A DNA stretch of 64,000 nucleotides from contig OZ242320.1 in the NCBI GenBank assembly GCA_965208125.1, positions 3,424,001-3,488,000 on the forward strand, in the 5' to 3' direction. Below the pieces are notes generated by a model. The model was not told where the DNA came from and searched no databases. It worked only from the letters and a program-made list of their open reading frames with translations. The DNA comes from Candidatus Latescibacterota bacterium. GTDB taxonomy: Bacteria; Latescibacterota; UBA2968. Below, one piece after another: positions 1-8,452 of the stretch. A program made the translations under genes and the position numbers. The stretch's first letter is position 1; each line of letters starts with the position of its first letter.

Positions 1-1
1 T

Positions 2-628
2 GCAGAATCTGTACTGGTCAATGTGCCTAAGATGGTAGAATTTTCTCAAAATGATCTCAACGGTATAACGACGCACTTCCCAGAAGACATGGACGCGAGA
101 AATATAAAGTACGATGCAGAGGCTTTTGATTTGGCTTTGACGTCTCCTCCATATGCCAATGCAGTAGATTATCCGAGAACCCACCAGTTGGAAATTTATT
201 GGTTGGGATTTGCTGAAGGCACATTGACGCCGTTGAAGAAAAAAAACGTGGGCACGGAAAGTGTTTCATCTCGTGATTACCAGGTACAACATCAGATTGG
301 TGTAAAGGATGCGGATACCGTCATTTCTAAAATTTTTGAAGTAGATCCAAGGAGAGCCTATATTGCGTTCAAATACTTAGAAGACATGAAAAAGAATCTG
401 GCTGAAGTGTACAAGGTTTTGTGTAAGGGGGGGAGATACATCATCGTTGTGGGTAATAATCGGATGCGCGGTCAGCTATTCGAAAGTTGGAAGTATCTCA
501 TGACACTCGCTGAAGACATCGGGTTTGATGTTGAAAATTACTTTGGATCAGAGATCATAAAGCACTTTATCAAAGTTCCTAGAGGCGAACGCATCAATAC
601 CGACTGGATTTTGGTGCTAAAAAAGTAA
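2..628 (+). CDS. DNA amino-methyltransferase (N4-C/N6-A), C-terminal part; 5' end lies outside the window
   Basis: Frame is open from position 2; catalytic motif IV LTSPPY followed by 'LAEVYKVLCKGGRYIIVVGN' (motifs V-VI of m4C/m6A MTases); no FxGxG motif in the visible part, so it is presumably upstream. Confidence 0.85.
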   Translation, partial: AESVLVNVPKMVEFSQNDLNGITTHFPEDMDARNIKYDAEAFDLALTSPPYANAVDYPRTHQLEIYWLGFAEGTLTPLKKKNVGTESVSSRDYQVQHQIGVKDADTVISKIFEVDPRRAYIAFKYLEDMKKNLAEVYKVLCKGGRYIIVVGNNRMRGQLFESWKYLMTLAEDIGFDVENYFGSEIIKHFIKVPRGERINTDWILVLKK

Positions 629-646
629 GAACAGAGAGGGAAAAAT

Positions 647-1165
647 ATGGCAACGCGTGAAGATAAAGGGCGACAAGCGTCAATAGATGGCTTTGCCCAT
701 GAGCATATTGTTGTTGGAATTCTAATGAAAAAATATCGGAACGTTTCATTGGTTGATTTACCTCTGTCACCTTACGATGTAATCATTGTATTACCAAGCG
801 AAGAACTTGGACGCGAAGAGATTATTCGCGCTCAAATAAAAACAGCAACTCAATCTATTAGCTTTACCGGTGGTAGTAGAGGCGGTGTGGATAGAGAATA
901 TAAATCTGGCGTTAAAGAATACCGACAATCAACAAAAACTTCAGATGTTGTCATTGGTATTCACCCGACAGACGATAACTCATTTGAACTCTATTTCGTT
1001 CCCACTGTTCTAATTGAACGTTTGGATCAAAACAGTATTTCCATTAACAAAATTCAAGGTCTGAAGGAAAACTATGATGTTTTAGAAAATTGTAAGAACA
1101 AGGATCTGATCATCGAGAAGTGCCAAGAATATGGAATTCTTGAGCGTTCACTATGGGATTCTTAA
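647..1165 (+). CDS. small PD-(D/E)XK endonuclease, putative restriction enzyme subunit 1
   Basis: G-x-x-x-E helix, 'PYDVII' and 'IRAQIKT' pattern typical of PDDEXK_5/I-Ssp6803I-like nucleases; 18 bp after the MTase; GAGG RBS. Confidence 0.7.
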   Translation: MATREDKGRQASIDGFAHEHIVVGILMKKYRNVSLVDLPLSPYDVIIVLPSEELGREEIIRAQIKTATQSISFTGGSRGGVDREYKSGVKEYRQSTKTSDVVIGIHPTDDNSFELYFVPTVLIERLDQNSISINKIQGLKENYDVLENCKNKDLIIEKCQEYGILERSLWDS

Positions 1166-1320
1166 GCGTTCACATTTATTGAGATCTCCTACACTATTCA
1201 CTAAAGCAGGGTAACTCTATAAAAAATAGACTGTTACTTTGCTTCTGAAATTATCAACCATTTTATCCATATTTCCCGTAAGGAACGGATAAATGACGAT
1301 TATGTTCTGGAGCTTCGAAA

Positions 1321-1812
1321 ATGAGCGATACAAACGACAGAGCTGAAATAGGCAAACGGTCGTCAATAAAGGGATTTGCTAATGAAAGTCGGTTGTTAGC
1401 AGCACTACTTGACCGCGGTTATAACGCTTCTCGCGTTGACCTGCCACATTCTACTTATGATATTGTAGTAGAAATCGCAACTCGTGATGTAATTCGGATT
1501 CAGGTAAAAACAGTATCTCCGTTAAAGTCAATACCCTTTACAAGTGGAGGACGCGGTGGCGTAGATAGAACGTACAGATCGGACGTGAAAACCTATGTTC
1601 ACAACACCGAAACATGCGATATTATTGTCGGGGTAGAAAGTCTTGCATCTAACGGAGATCAGGAAATCAATTTTTATTTTGTACCGACCTTATTTATTGA
1701 AAAACTTGGCCAAAGAAGCATAACGATTAGAAAAATCTCACAAGCGAAAAATAATTGGGAGATTTTAGACCGATGTAGGGAAATGAGATTTGTGTATGAG
1801 ATGTTTGACTGA
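1321..1812 (+). CDS. small PD-(D/E)XK endonuclease, paralog of 647-1165, putative restriction enzyme subunit 2
   Basis: 'GFANE', 'TYDIVV', 'IRIQVKT'; shares FTxGxRGGVDRxYxSxVKxY and YFVPT motifs with the upstream gene; GGAG RBS. Confidence 0.7.
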   Translation: MSDTNDRAEIGKRSSIKGFANESRLLAALLDRGYNASRVDLPHSTYDIVVEIATRDVIRIQVKTVSPLKSIPFTSGGRGGVDRTYRSDVKTYVHNTETCDIIVGVESLASNGDQEINFYFVPTLFIEKLGQRSITIRKISQAKNNWEILDRCREMRFVYEMFD

Positions 1813-1842
1813 CTTTTTATGTTTGTCAAGTATATAATCCCC

Positions 1843-1936
1843 TAATTTTTTTGAAGTTCTCTTTGGATTTTGAGGTCAGCGGCCATTTTGCTTAACTGTG
1901 CATCATCATCTGTTTTATCAGAGATATTTTCTCGTA
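1843..1936 (-). repeat. direct repeat copy 1: degenerate internal fragment of the 6637-6900 gene
   Basis: Manual alignment to 6711-6803 gives 8 substitutions and 1 indel over ~93 bp. Confidence 0.9.
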
Positions 1937-1987
1937 CTTCAGCAACGGACAGGATTGGACATTACTGTAAATTAGGAAATCTGAGAT

Positions 1988-3535
1988 ATGGATATATTCT
2001 GGAATTCTGGAGAAAGAGAGAAAATCCAGGGATTGGACTTCCTGAATGTCCGAAGCATTGACCAGGCGATGGAAAAAAAGTGGGTTGCTGGCATCACGAC
2101 GATTGCACCCCGAGCTCGATATCTTTCCTTGCTCCCTTGGGCATTATCATTATACTATGAAAGAGAATTAGAAAAAGCCCAAACGAGTGTTCAGTACGAC
2201 TATCAGCATTTGAGTCATTTTTTGAGCCGCTTGGAAGTCATCATCCTTGCGGCTTCTTTTCTTACAAAACCTGGTGAAAGTATTCCCAAAACCACGAATA
2301 TCTTAGGTCGAGACATACACGAAAACTTACTCTTGCAGCTACAAGATTCGGGGTATGTAGAATTGGAACCGAATGGCGGTGGGGCGATTGCTCAGACATA
2401 TGTCATGCCCTGTCAGGGGTTTGATATCCTGGAGAGCGGTGCCCCTATCAAAGTGCTTGAGCGAGGACAAAAGCTATATGATGTAAAGCAGCGATTGCTT
2501 GAAGGATGTCCTTTTATTGACAATCTCTTCACCGGAGGGAAAGTCACAGCCAAAGATATTCTCACCTGGCGAGATCATTTTTCTATCACGGGATTGCTAT
2601 CGGATGCTGGGAACAAAGAAAAGAATTTGCTTATATCGTTTTTTTTAACACCTCAGAATCCGCAAAATAAGCCTCATTACCAACGGTTCCGCGGCACATT
2701 AAAATGGATCCTGATGCGGGCTAGAGAGAATCCTTCATCTCCTGGGGATCTGATTGCTGAGGAATACAGTCAGTGTCTTGGAAATGGCTCAAATGCGAAT
2801 TTAGAAGCTGCTCGGGTTGCCTGGATGAATTACGAACTGCGTCGCCGAGGGCATTGGGGGCTTGAACTACTTCTCTCAGCTTTCAGTGACACACTCGCAA
2901 GGCTTGTCACTGCCAATCTGGATGAGGTTATCAGTGAGTGGATAGAAGAAGATGAAATTCCGGAAGGTCTGCGTAGTGCCATAGCAATCCATAATACACC
3001 TTGGGAATTGTCTTGGAATGAATTTCTTGCATCAATTCCTGAAAATCTGTTGCTACATAAAACGCCATCAACCGGTGATTCCAGGAGATTTTCCTCACAT
3101 ATACAAGCCTTTTTAGGATTCTTGCTGGTTGTGTCTTGCTGGCGCCATTCACAACCTTGGCGTGAGAATGAATTGCTTCAGACTTTCGAGAAACGACCTC
3201 TGGATTTCGCATTTGAAATTCTGGATCAGGCTGAAGGGAAGTCTATTGTTGAGGTTCTGTCTCAGCTTGTAGGTGATTGCGCCGTTGCACCTCATCTGCA
3301 ATCGACATGGCGTAAGATGGGCAATGGGCAGAAATGCTCACTCAGATTTTTTTGGGACGGAGAAGCCTTTAGATCAACGGGAACCATCACCAAGCCTGGA
3401 TTTAGCGGCGAAAGATTAGGCAGTGTAATGCGTATGCTGGCAGACTTAGGTCTGCTTACTTCCCCACAGACAGGGAGGTATACCACTACAGAAGCAGGCC
3501 ATGCCGTGCTTGCTGAATTGGAAAAGATAGGATGA
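1988..3535 (+). CDS. hypothetical protein, putative defence-system component
   Basis: 515-aa ORF; N-terminal 'GLDFL...AGITTIAPRARYLS' resembles PLD-associated DUF6361-like N-termini (from memory); possible wHTH-like C-terminus 'MLADLGLL...YTTTEAG'; ATGA overlap with the next gene. Confidence 0.7.
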   Translation: MDIFWNSGEREKIQGLDFLNVRSIDQAMEKKWVAGITTIAPRARYLSLLPWALSLYYERELEKAQTSVQYDYQHLSHFLSRLEVIILAASFLTKPGESIPKTTNILGRDIHENLLLQLQDSGYVELEPNGGGAIAQTYVMPCQGFDILESGAPIKVLERGQKLYDVKQRLLEGCPFIDNLFTGGKVTAKDILTWRDHFSITGLLSDAGNKEKNLLISFFLTPQNPQNKPHYQRFRGTLKWILMRARENPSSPGDLIAEEYSQCLGNGSNANLEAARVAWMNYELRRRGHWGLELLLSAFSDTLARLVTANLDEVISEWIEEDEIPEGLRSAIAIHNTPWELSWNEFLASIPENLLLHKTPSTGDSRRFSSHIQAFLGFLLVVSCWRHSQPWRENELLQTFEKRPLDFAFEILDQAEGKSIVEVLSQLVGDCAVAPHLQSTWRKMGNGQKCSLRFFWDGEAFRSTGTITKPGFSGERLGSVMRMLADLGLLTSPQTGRYTTTEAGHAVLAELEKIG

Positions 3536-6300
3536 GAACGGATTTAATTGGCAAAATGCAACACTTGGGAGATTTGGAGAATGCGATTGTGCTCACTCAC
3601 AACATTGATTGCATCTTCTTGGAGTCTATCCTTCTGCCAACTTTGAGGCAGGCTGGTAACCCCCTGCTTACCGTATTTGCTGAGAGCACCTGTGCGATCG
3701 ATACGTTTCAACGTCAGAGTCTCTATCTTTCCGAACTGGGACGCAGGTATCGTCTGGTCTCTGTCAACCTTCCTCATCCCTTTCGATTTCATCCCAAAGC
3801 TGTGTTACTTGCCGCACGAGAAAGTGCCCACCTGTTTATTGGAAGCGGAAACATAGGTTTTGGGGGATGGCGAGAGAATGGAGAGATTTGGGTAGAATAT
3901 GTGCTGGATGAAAAAAATCAACAAGCAGCACCCGCTTTTGCCTTCTTTCAGGATTACCTGAAACAGATATTGAGGATTGCCCCCTTTACAGAGACCATAG
4001 AGCATGAAATTGTAGATGCCTTTTCGCGGGAGCGAAAACAGTGGGTCTCTTATTTGGCAGAAAGAGGTGGGCTGATTGGTCGAGCAGGAAGTGGCCCGAG
4101 TCTGATAGACTGTTTGGACGACGTAATTTCGAGTGAACCGGTTGATTGTCTCTGGATCTGTGCTCCTTATTATGATATTCGGGCAGAAGCCCTGAACGCT
4201 TTAAAAGAAAAGTTCGCGGCAAAGGAGACTCGGGTGCTCTTGCAGGAGAAAGAAACCAATTTTACTACCGAAGCTGCGGAAGCACAGACAAAGGATGTTC
4301 GGCTTAAATCCGTGAACTACAATGGAAATGATGGTAAACCCAGATTCTTGCATGCCAAATTCTATGGTCTTGAAAGAAAAAGGCGAGTTACTGTTATTCT
4401 TGGAAGTGCCAACTGTTCGAATGCGGCCTGGATGATTCCCGGCAATCGGGGAAACGCGGAACTGGTGGCGATTAAGGAGATGAGCAAGAAAGAGTTCGAG
4501 CAACATATTCTGCAGGAACTCCATATAGCAGACGAACCACCAGAGCTTCAGTCTCACCAAGAGCGGGATGCTGTGTCTGAACCGGAATCGTATGCGTTGC
4601 GAGCCTTGGCTGCGAGTTTTGACAGATTTGAAGGTATCAATGTGCGGTTTCAGAAAGATGTAAATATTGAAATTTCTAGATGTTTGATCGACAACCAACC
4701 CGTTGAATTCAAGATCGAGAACGAAAGTGAACTCACAGCGAATCCTCTTCCTCAGACCATACATAATGGTAAGGGCAACCGGGTTTTGCAGTTGGAAGGA
4801 GAGGGCTCACTAGGGAAGATCTGCTCGAATCCCATCTGGATAGACCACGAATTTGAATTGCGCACGACCTCTAAAGAACGCACACTGGTTGAGACCATAC
4901 AACAGAATGTAAAGCAGGATGCTTGGGGACTGCCAGCTTTCAATGAAATTTTAAGATTGCTACAAGATCACCTGGACTATTTAACAACACATAAGACATC
5001 GGGTGGTGGACAGAACGGGCGTAGCGGTTCTGAGAGAGTCATTCGATTCACACGCGAGGATGTATTTGCCGATGATTTCGGACTCCTCCCGGAAACGTCA
5101 ACAGTTTCTGATATTGCTATTCCGAATCAAGTAGACGGATTGAAGGGTTTGCTGCTCAGATATTTTGGTTTCGAGTGGATTCAAGACGAGGATCCATCGG
5201 AAGAGGAAACGATGGATGATGAAGAAGCTGAAGATGACTCAATCAGTCCAGACGAACTGGAATCACGAAAGCTGGAGCGATCCCTTGTTGGACCATCTCC
5301 AAAAGACTCTCATCCTGATAATGACCCGGTGAAGCAAGAGAAAAACCGTCAAATAACTCTCCAGTTTTTTGAGTCGATCATCAATACCATTTCTGATGAG
5401 AGTTATTTACTGCAAAGATCGCCGGATCTGATTGCTAAAGATTTAGCGATCATCGCTATACTGATGACTTCTGCAATAAATGAAGAAGCACCGAGTTTGG
5501 GAATAAACTGGCTCACTGAAGATGAATACTTCGAATTCACTCGCCGGGTTTGGAATGTATTTTTTTTCAAATTTATACAGTCTGAAACGGATTCTTCAAG
5601 ACAATACCACGGTTATCTTGACAGACGTTATCAGGAATCCGAAGATCCACACGCTTTCATCCAGTCTTTTGCATCTACCGATTTTGCCGCTGCCATTGCT
5701 GTGTGGGTGTTGGCGAATTTGAAAGACAAGCCTTCTCCGCGAGAAGCACAATTAGCTCTGATACAAATTTCTACAGTTGCTCGTTTTCCCTGGCTGTGGG
5801 GCGCAGATACTTTTTCTGATCTAGCTCCTTTAATTAAACGTCTTTTAGTCCATACCAAAGTTCTGCCATTAGAAAAACAGGAAGATTTCGGACGCTATCT
5901 CACAAAATGGCGTGAATTTATCCAAGTTGGAAATGCAATCGGTGTTTTTCAAGAAAAATTCGAGGATTTTGAACCCGAAAATGTAAAGGACATACTTGAG
6001 CGGAGTGAAATACAGAGGGGAGAGCTTCTTTGGCAGGGAGGATCAGGTCTTTGTGTCGCCCAGAAAGATTGCCTAAGGTTACCTAAAAAAAAGATTGATG
6101 TTTTGAGTTTACGGAGTCATGGTAGCAGTCCGAAGAAGACTTTCTATGCTGACTACCTAATTCCAGTCGGAGCGCTTTTGGATACGCCTCAAGGTAGGAA
6201 AACGAAGCCATTGCCCGAGGCTGTTCCTAAGATTCTGAATCGTTTTGTAAGAAAATTCATGCAACCTTTATCTCTATTGACTGAAAGAGATATTGTATAG
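3532..6300 (+). CDS. large phospholipase D (HKD)-superfamily protein, putative nuclease
   Basis: Two HxK motifs, each followed by GSxN (FHPKAVLL...IGSGN; LHAKFYGL...LGSANCS); long acidic linker and helical C-terminal half. Confidence 0.8.
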   Translation: MRTDLIGKMQHLGDLENAIVLTHNIDCIFLESILLPTLRQAGNPLLTVFAESTCAIDTFQRQSLYLSELGRRYRLVSVNLPHPFRFHPKAVLLAARESAHLFIGSGNIGFGGWRENGEIWVEYVLDEKNQQAAPAFAFFQDYLKQILRIAPFTETIEHEIVDAFSRERKQWVSYLAERGGLIGRAGSGPSLIDCLDDVISSEPVDCLWICAPYYDIRAEALNALKEKFAAKETRVLLQEKETNFTTEAAEAQTKDVRLKSVNYNGNDGKPRFLHAKFYGLERKRRVTVILGSANCSNAAWMIPGNRGNAELVAIKEMSKKEFEQHILQELHIADEPPELQSHQERDAVSEPESYALRALAASFDRFEGINVRFQKDVNIEISRCLIDNQPVEFKIENESELTANPLPQTIHNGKGNRVLQLEGEGSLGKICSNPIWIDHEFELRTTSKERTLVETIQQNVKQDAWGLPAFNEILRLLQDHLDYLTTHKTSGGGQNGRSGSERVIRFTREDVFADDFGLLPETSTVSDIAIPNQVDGLKGLLLRYFGFEWIQDEDPSEEETMDDEEAEDDSISPDELESRKLERSLVGPSPKDSHPDNDPVKQEKNRQITLQFFESIINTISDESYLLQRSPDLIAKDLAIIAILMTSAINEEAPSLGINWLTEDEYFEFTRRVWNVFFFKFIQSETDSSRQYHGYLDRRYQESEDPHAFIQSFASTDFAAAIAVWVLANLKDKPSPREAQLALIQISTVARFPWLWGADTFSDLAPLIKRLLVHTKVLPLEKQEDFGRYLTKWREFIQVGNAIGVFQEKFEDFEPENVKDILERSEIQRGELLWQGGSGLCVAQKDCLRLPKKKIDVLSLRSHGSSPKKTFYADYLIPVGALLDTPQGRKTKPLPEAVPKILNRFVRKFMQPLSLLTERDIV

Positions 6301-6621
6301 GTAATCTATGGTGGCTGTTGGACTTGCCATGATGTGTCTTCTCAGAAATTTTTTCGTTTCTTCGGAACCAATAGCATTTCTGGCTTTCTCTGTCAGCCCC
6401 AATGCCCCGATGAGGATTTCTATAATCTCTTGATCTCTTTCCGCTGCCTGGAGCAAATTCTCTAAATCCGGTCCGATGTGTGCGAGCTTTTTCTGGGCTT
6501 CAATTATTCTGCTGACAAATGGTGATGCTGATGTGAACTGCCTCCTGGATTGTTGGCGAAATCCTTCGGCAGTTTCCGCTGGGGTGGTTGTGATTTCGGA
6601 TGGATGATAAATGGGCTGCAT
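6274..6621 (-). CDS. hypothetical protein
   Basis: 115-aa ORF with AAGGA RBS; overlaps the 3' end of the PLD gene by 27 bp; no motif recognised. Confidence 0.5.
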   Translation of the reverse strand: MQPIYHPSEITTTPAETAEGFRQQSRRQFTSASPFVSRIIEAQKKLAHIGPDLENLLQAAERDQEIIEILIGALGLTEKARNAIGSEETKKFLRRHIMASPTATIDYLYNISFSQ

Positions 6622-6636
6622 CTGATGTTCCTTGCA

Positions 6637-6900
6637 TTATAGAGGCGAGAGATTTTTCTTTATATCGAACGGCGTCTTACATTCTCGTTCTGTGGTTGAG
6701 AACTCATTTTTAATTTTTTGAAGTTCCCTTTGTATTTCGGGATCAGCGGCCATTTCGCTTAACTGTGCATCACCATCTGTTTTTTCAGAGATATTTTCTC
6801 GTATGCGGTGGCTTACACGCTCAATAAGGAGCAATTGTTCATCCAGGGACAACCGACTGATATTTTCTTCTAATTCAGAAAGAAGGGATGGTGCAGACAT
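6637..6900 (-). CDS. small antitoxin/addiction-module-like protein, no cognate toxin visible
   Basis: AAGGAG RBS; 'LSLDEQLLLIERV...MAADPEIQREL' resembles small antitoxins (inference). Confidence 0.55.
   Translation of the reverse strand: MSAPSLLSELEENISRLSLDEQLLLIERVSHRIRENISEKTDGDAQLSEMAADPEIQRELQKIKNEFSTTERECKTPFDIKKNLSPL
6711..6803 (-). repeat. direct repeat copy 2, inside the 87-aa gene
   Basis: ~90% identical to 1843-1936. Confidence 0.9.
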
Positions 6901-7061
6901 GGTTGTTCTCCTTAAATCATCCCGCTCAAAATGGGCGCGGATGATTTTTCTTTTACAACATCAAATTGTCTATTAACTTCCTGACCTACACGGCGACATG
7001 AAGTATAGAAAGAATTTAAAAAAAAACAAGGCCAGATGTCCTTTCAAACTGGAGAACCTCG

Positions 7062-8393
7062 ATGGGTAGTACTGCTTCTGTTGATTTGCGCGATGTTCGC
7101 AAGCAGGATTTAAATCACGTATGGCATCCTTTGATGCAATATGAGGGTAAGAGTGAAGATGATTTGCTCGTTATTGTGTCGGCGGATGGGTGTGAGATCA
7201 CGGATTCGGATGGGAAAACGTATCTTGATGCGTATGGCGGGATATGGAATGTCAATGTGGGGTATGGTCGGGATGAGATTGTCGAAGCTGTGTATGAACA
7301 GATGAAAACACTTCCGTTTTATCCCATGACGCAGATCAATGTGCCCGCGGCGCAGCTCGCTGCTCGTTTGGCCGAATTGTCACCGGGCGATCTCAACCAT
7401 TTCTTTTTTGTGAATAGTGGTTCAGAGGCTAATGAAACCGCTATTAAAGTTGCGCGACAATACGGCCGGGCGACGCATCCGGGCGAAAGTCGCTTTAAAA
7501 TTATCTGTCGGTATAAGGGCTATCACGGCTTTACGATGGGATCCATGTCTGCGACCGGGCAGGTGAGGCGACGCGCGCCGTTTGAGCCCCTGGCGCCGGG
7601 ATTTATCCACGTTGAATTGCCCACTGCCGATGCCCACGGAGCGGATGAGATCGCGCGGGTTATCGAACGCGAGGGTCCCGATACGGTCGCTGCTGTTCTT
7701 GCAGAACCCGTGGTTGGCGGGGGTGGTGTGCATGTCCCGCCAGACGATTATTTTCCGGCTCTGCGCGATGTGTGTGACCACTATGGGTGTTTGCTGATGT
7801 TTGATGAGGTGATCACTGGATTCGGGCGTACTGGAAAATTGTTTGCCGCTGAACACTGGGGGGTTGTGCCCGATGTGATGACGATTGCCAAGGGCGTGTC
7901 GAGCGGGTACCTGCCGCTGGGGGCATGTGCTGTTACCGAAAAGGTCTGGTCGGCATTTTTGGGAGGGGCGGATGAGGGAAAAGAATTTGCTCAGGTTTCC
8001 ACGTATGGCGGGCATCCGGCTTGTTGTGCTGCGGCGCTGGCGAATATCGAAATTCTGACCAGGGAACGGCTGTGGGAAAATTCGGAAACTGTGGGTGCGT
8101 ACTTGTTGGCGCGGCTCAAAGATATGTCATCGCCTTTGATCAAAGAAGTTAGAGGTCTGGGGCTTATGCTCGCAGTTGAGCTTCAAAATGAAGATGGGAC
8201 GGAATTGGATAGCGAGAGGACAAACAAGTTTGGTGGCGCGCTTCGAGATGCGGGTGTGATTACCGGGAAGATGAGTCATGTTATGGTCGGGTCTGAGCCT
8301 GTATTTACACTGGCACCACCCCTGATTCTTACGGAGGAGCAAGCCGACCGAATAGCAGGTGCGCTTGTGACTGCGCTTCGGGCTATAAGTTGA
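7062..8393 (+). CDS. class III PLP-dependent aminotransferase
   Basis: 'SGSEANE', 'FDEVITGFGRTG', 'PDVMTIAKG' (PLP lysine), 'TYGGHP'. Confidence 0.95.
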   Translation: MGSTASVDLRDVRKQDLNHVWHPLMQYEGKSEDDLLVIVSADGCEITDSDGKTYLDAYGGIWNVNVGYGRDEIVEAVYEQMKTLPFYPMTQINVPAAQLAARLAELSPGDLNHFFFVNSGSEANETAIKVARQYGRATHPGESRFKIICRYKGYHGFTMGSMSATGQVRRRAPFEPLAPGFIHVELPTADAHGADEIARVIEREGPDTVAAVLAEPVVGGGGVHVPPDDYFPALRDVCDHYGCLLMFDEVITGFGRTGKLFAAEHWGVVPDVMTIAKGVSSGYLPLGACAVTEKVWSAFLGGADEGKEFAQVSTYGGHPACCAAALANIEILTRERLWENSETVGAYLLARLKDMSSPLIKEVRGLGLMLAVELQNEDGTELDSERTNKFGGALRDAGVITGKMSHVMVGSEPVFTLAPPLILTEEQADRIAGALVTALRAIS

Positions 8394-8452
8394 GTTGATA
8401 AATTCGCAGGCTGTTTAGATTTTTCGCCCCTGCGATCACCACCGGAGTGCGC

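Noticed and set aside
1166-1987. Integron attC sites between the island genes
   Set aside because: The hairpins lack convincing RYYYAAC/GTTRRRY ends, are not repeated between genes, and no integrase is visible
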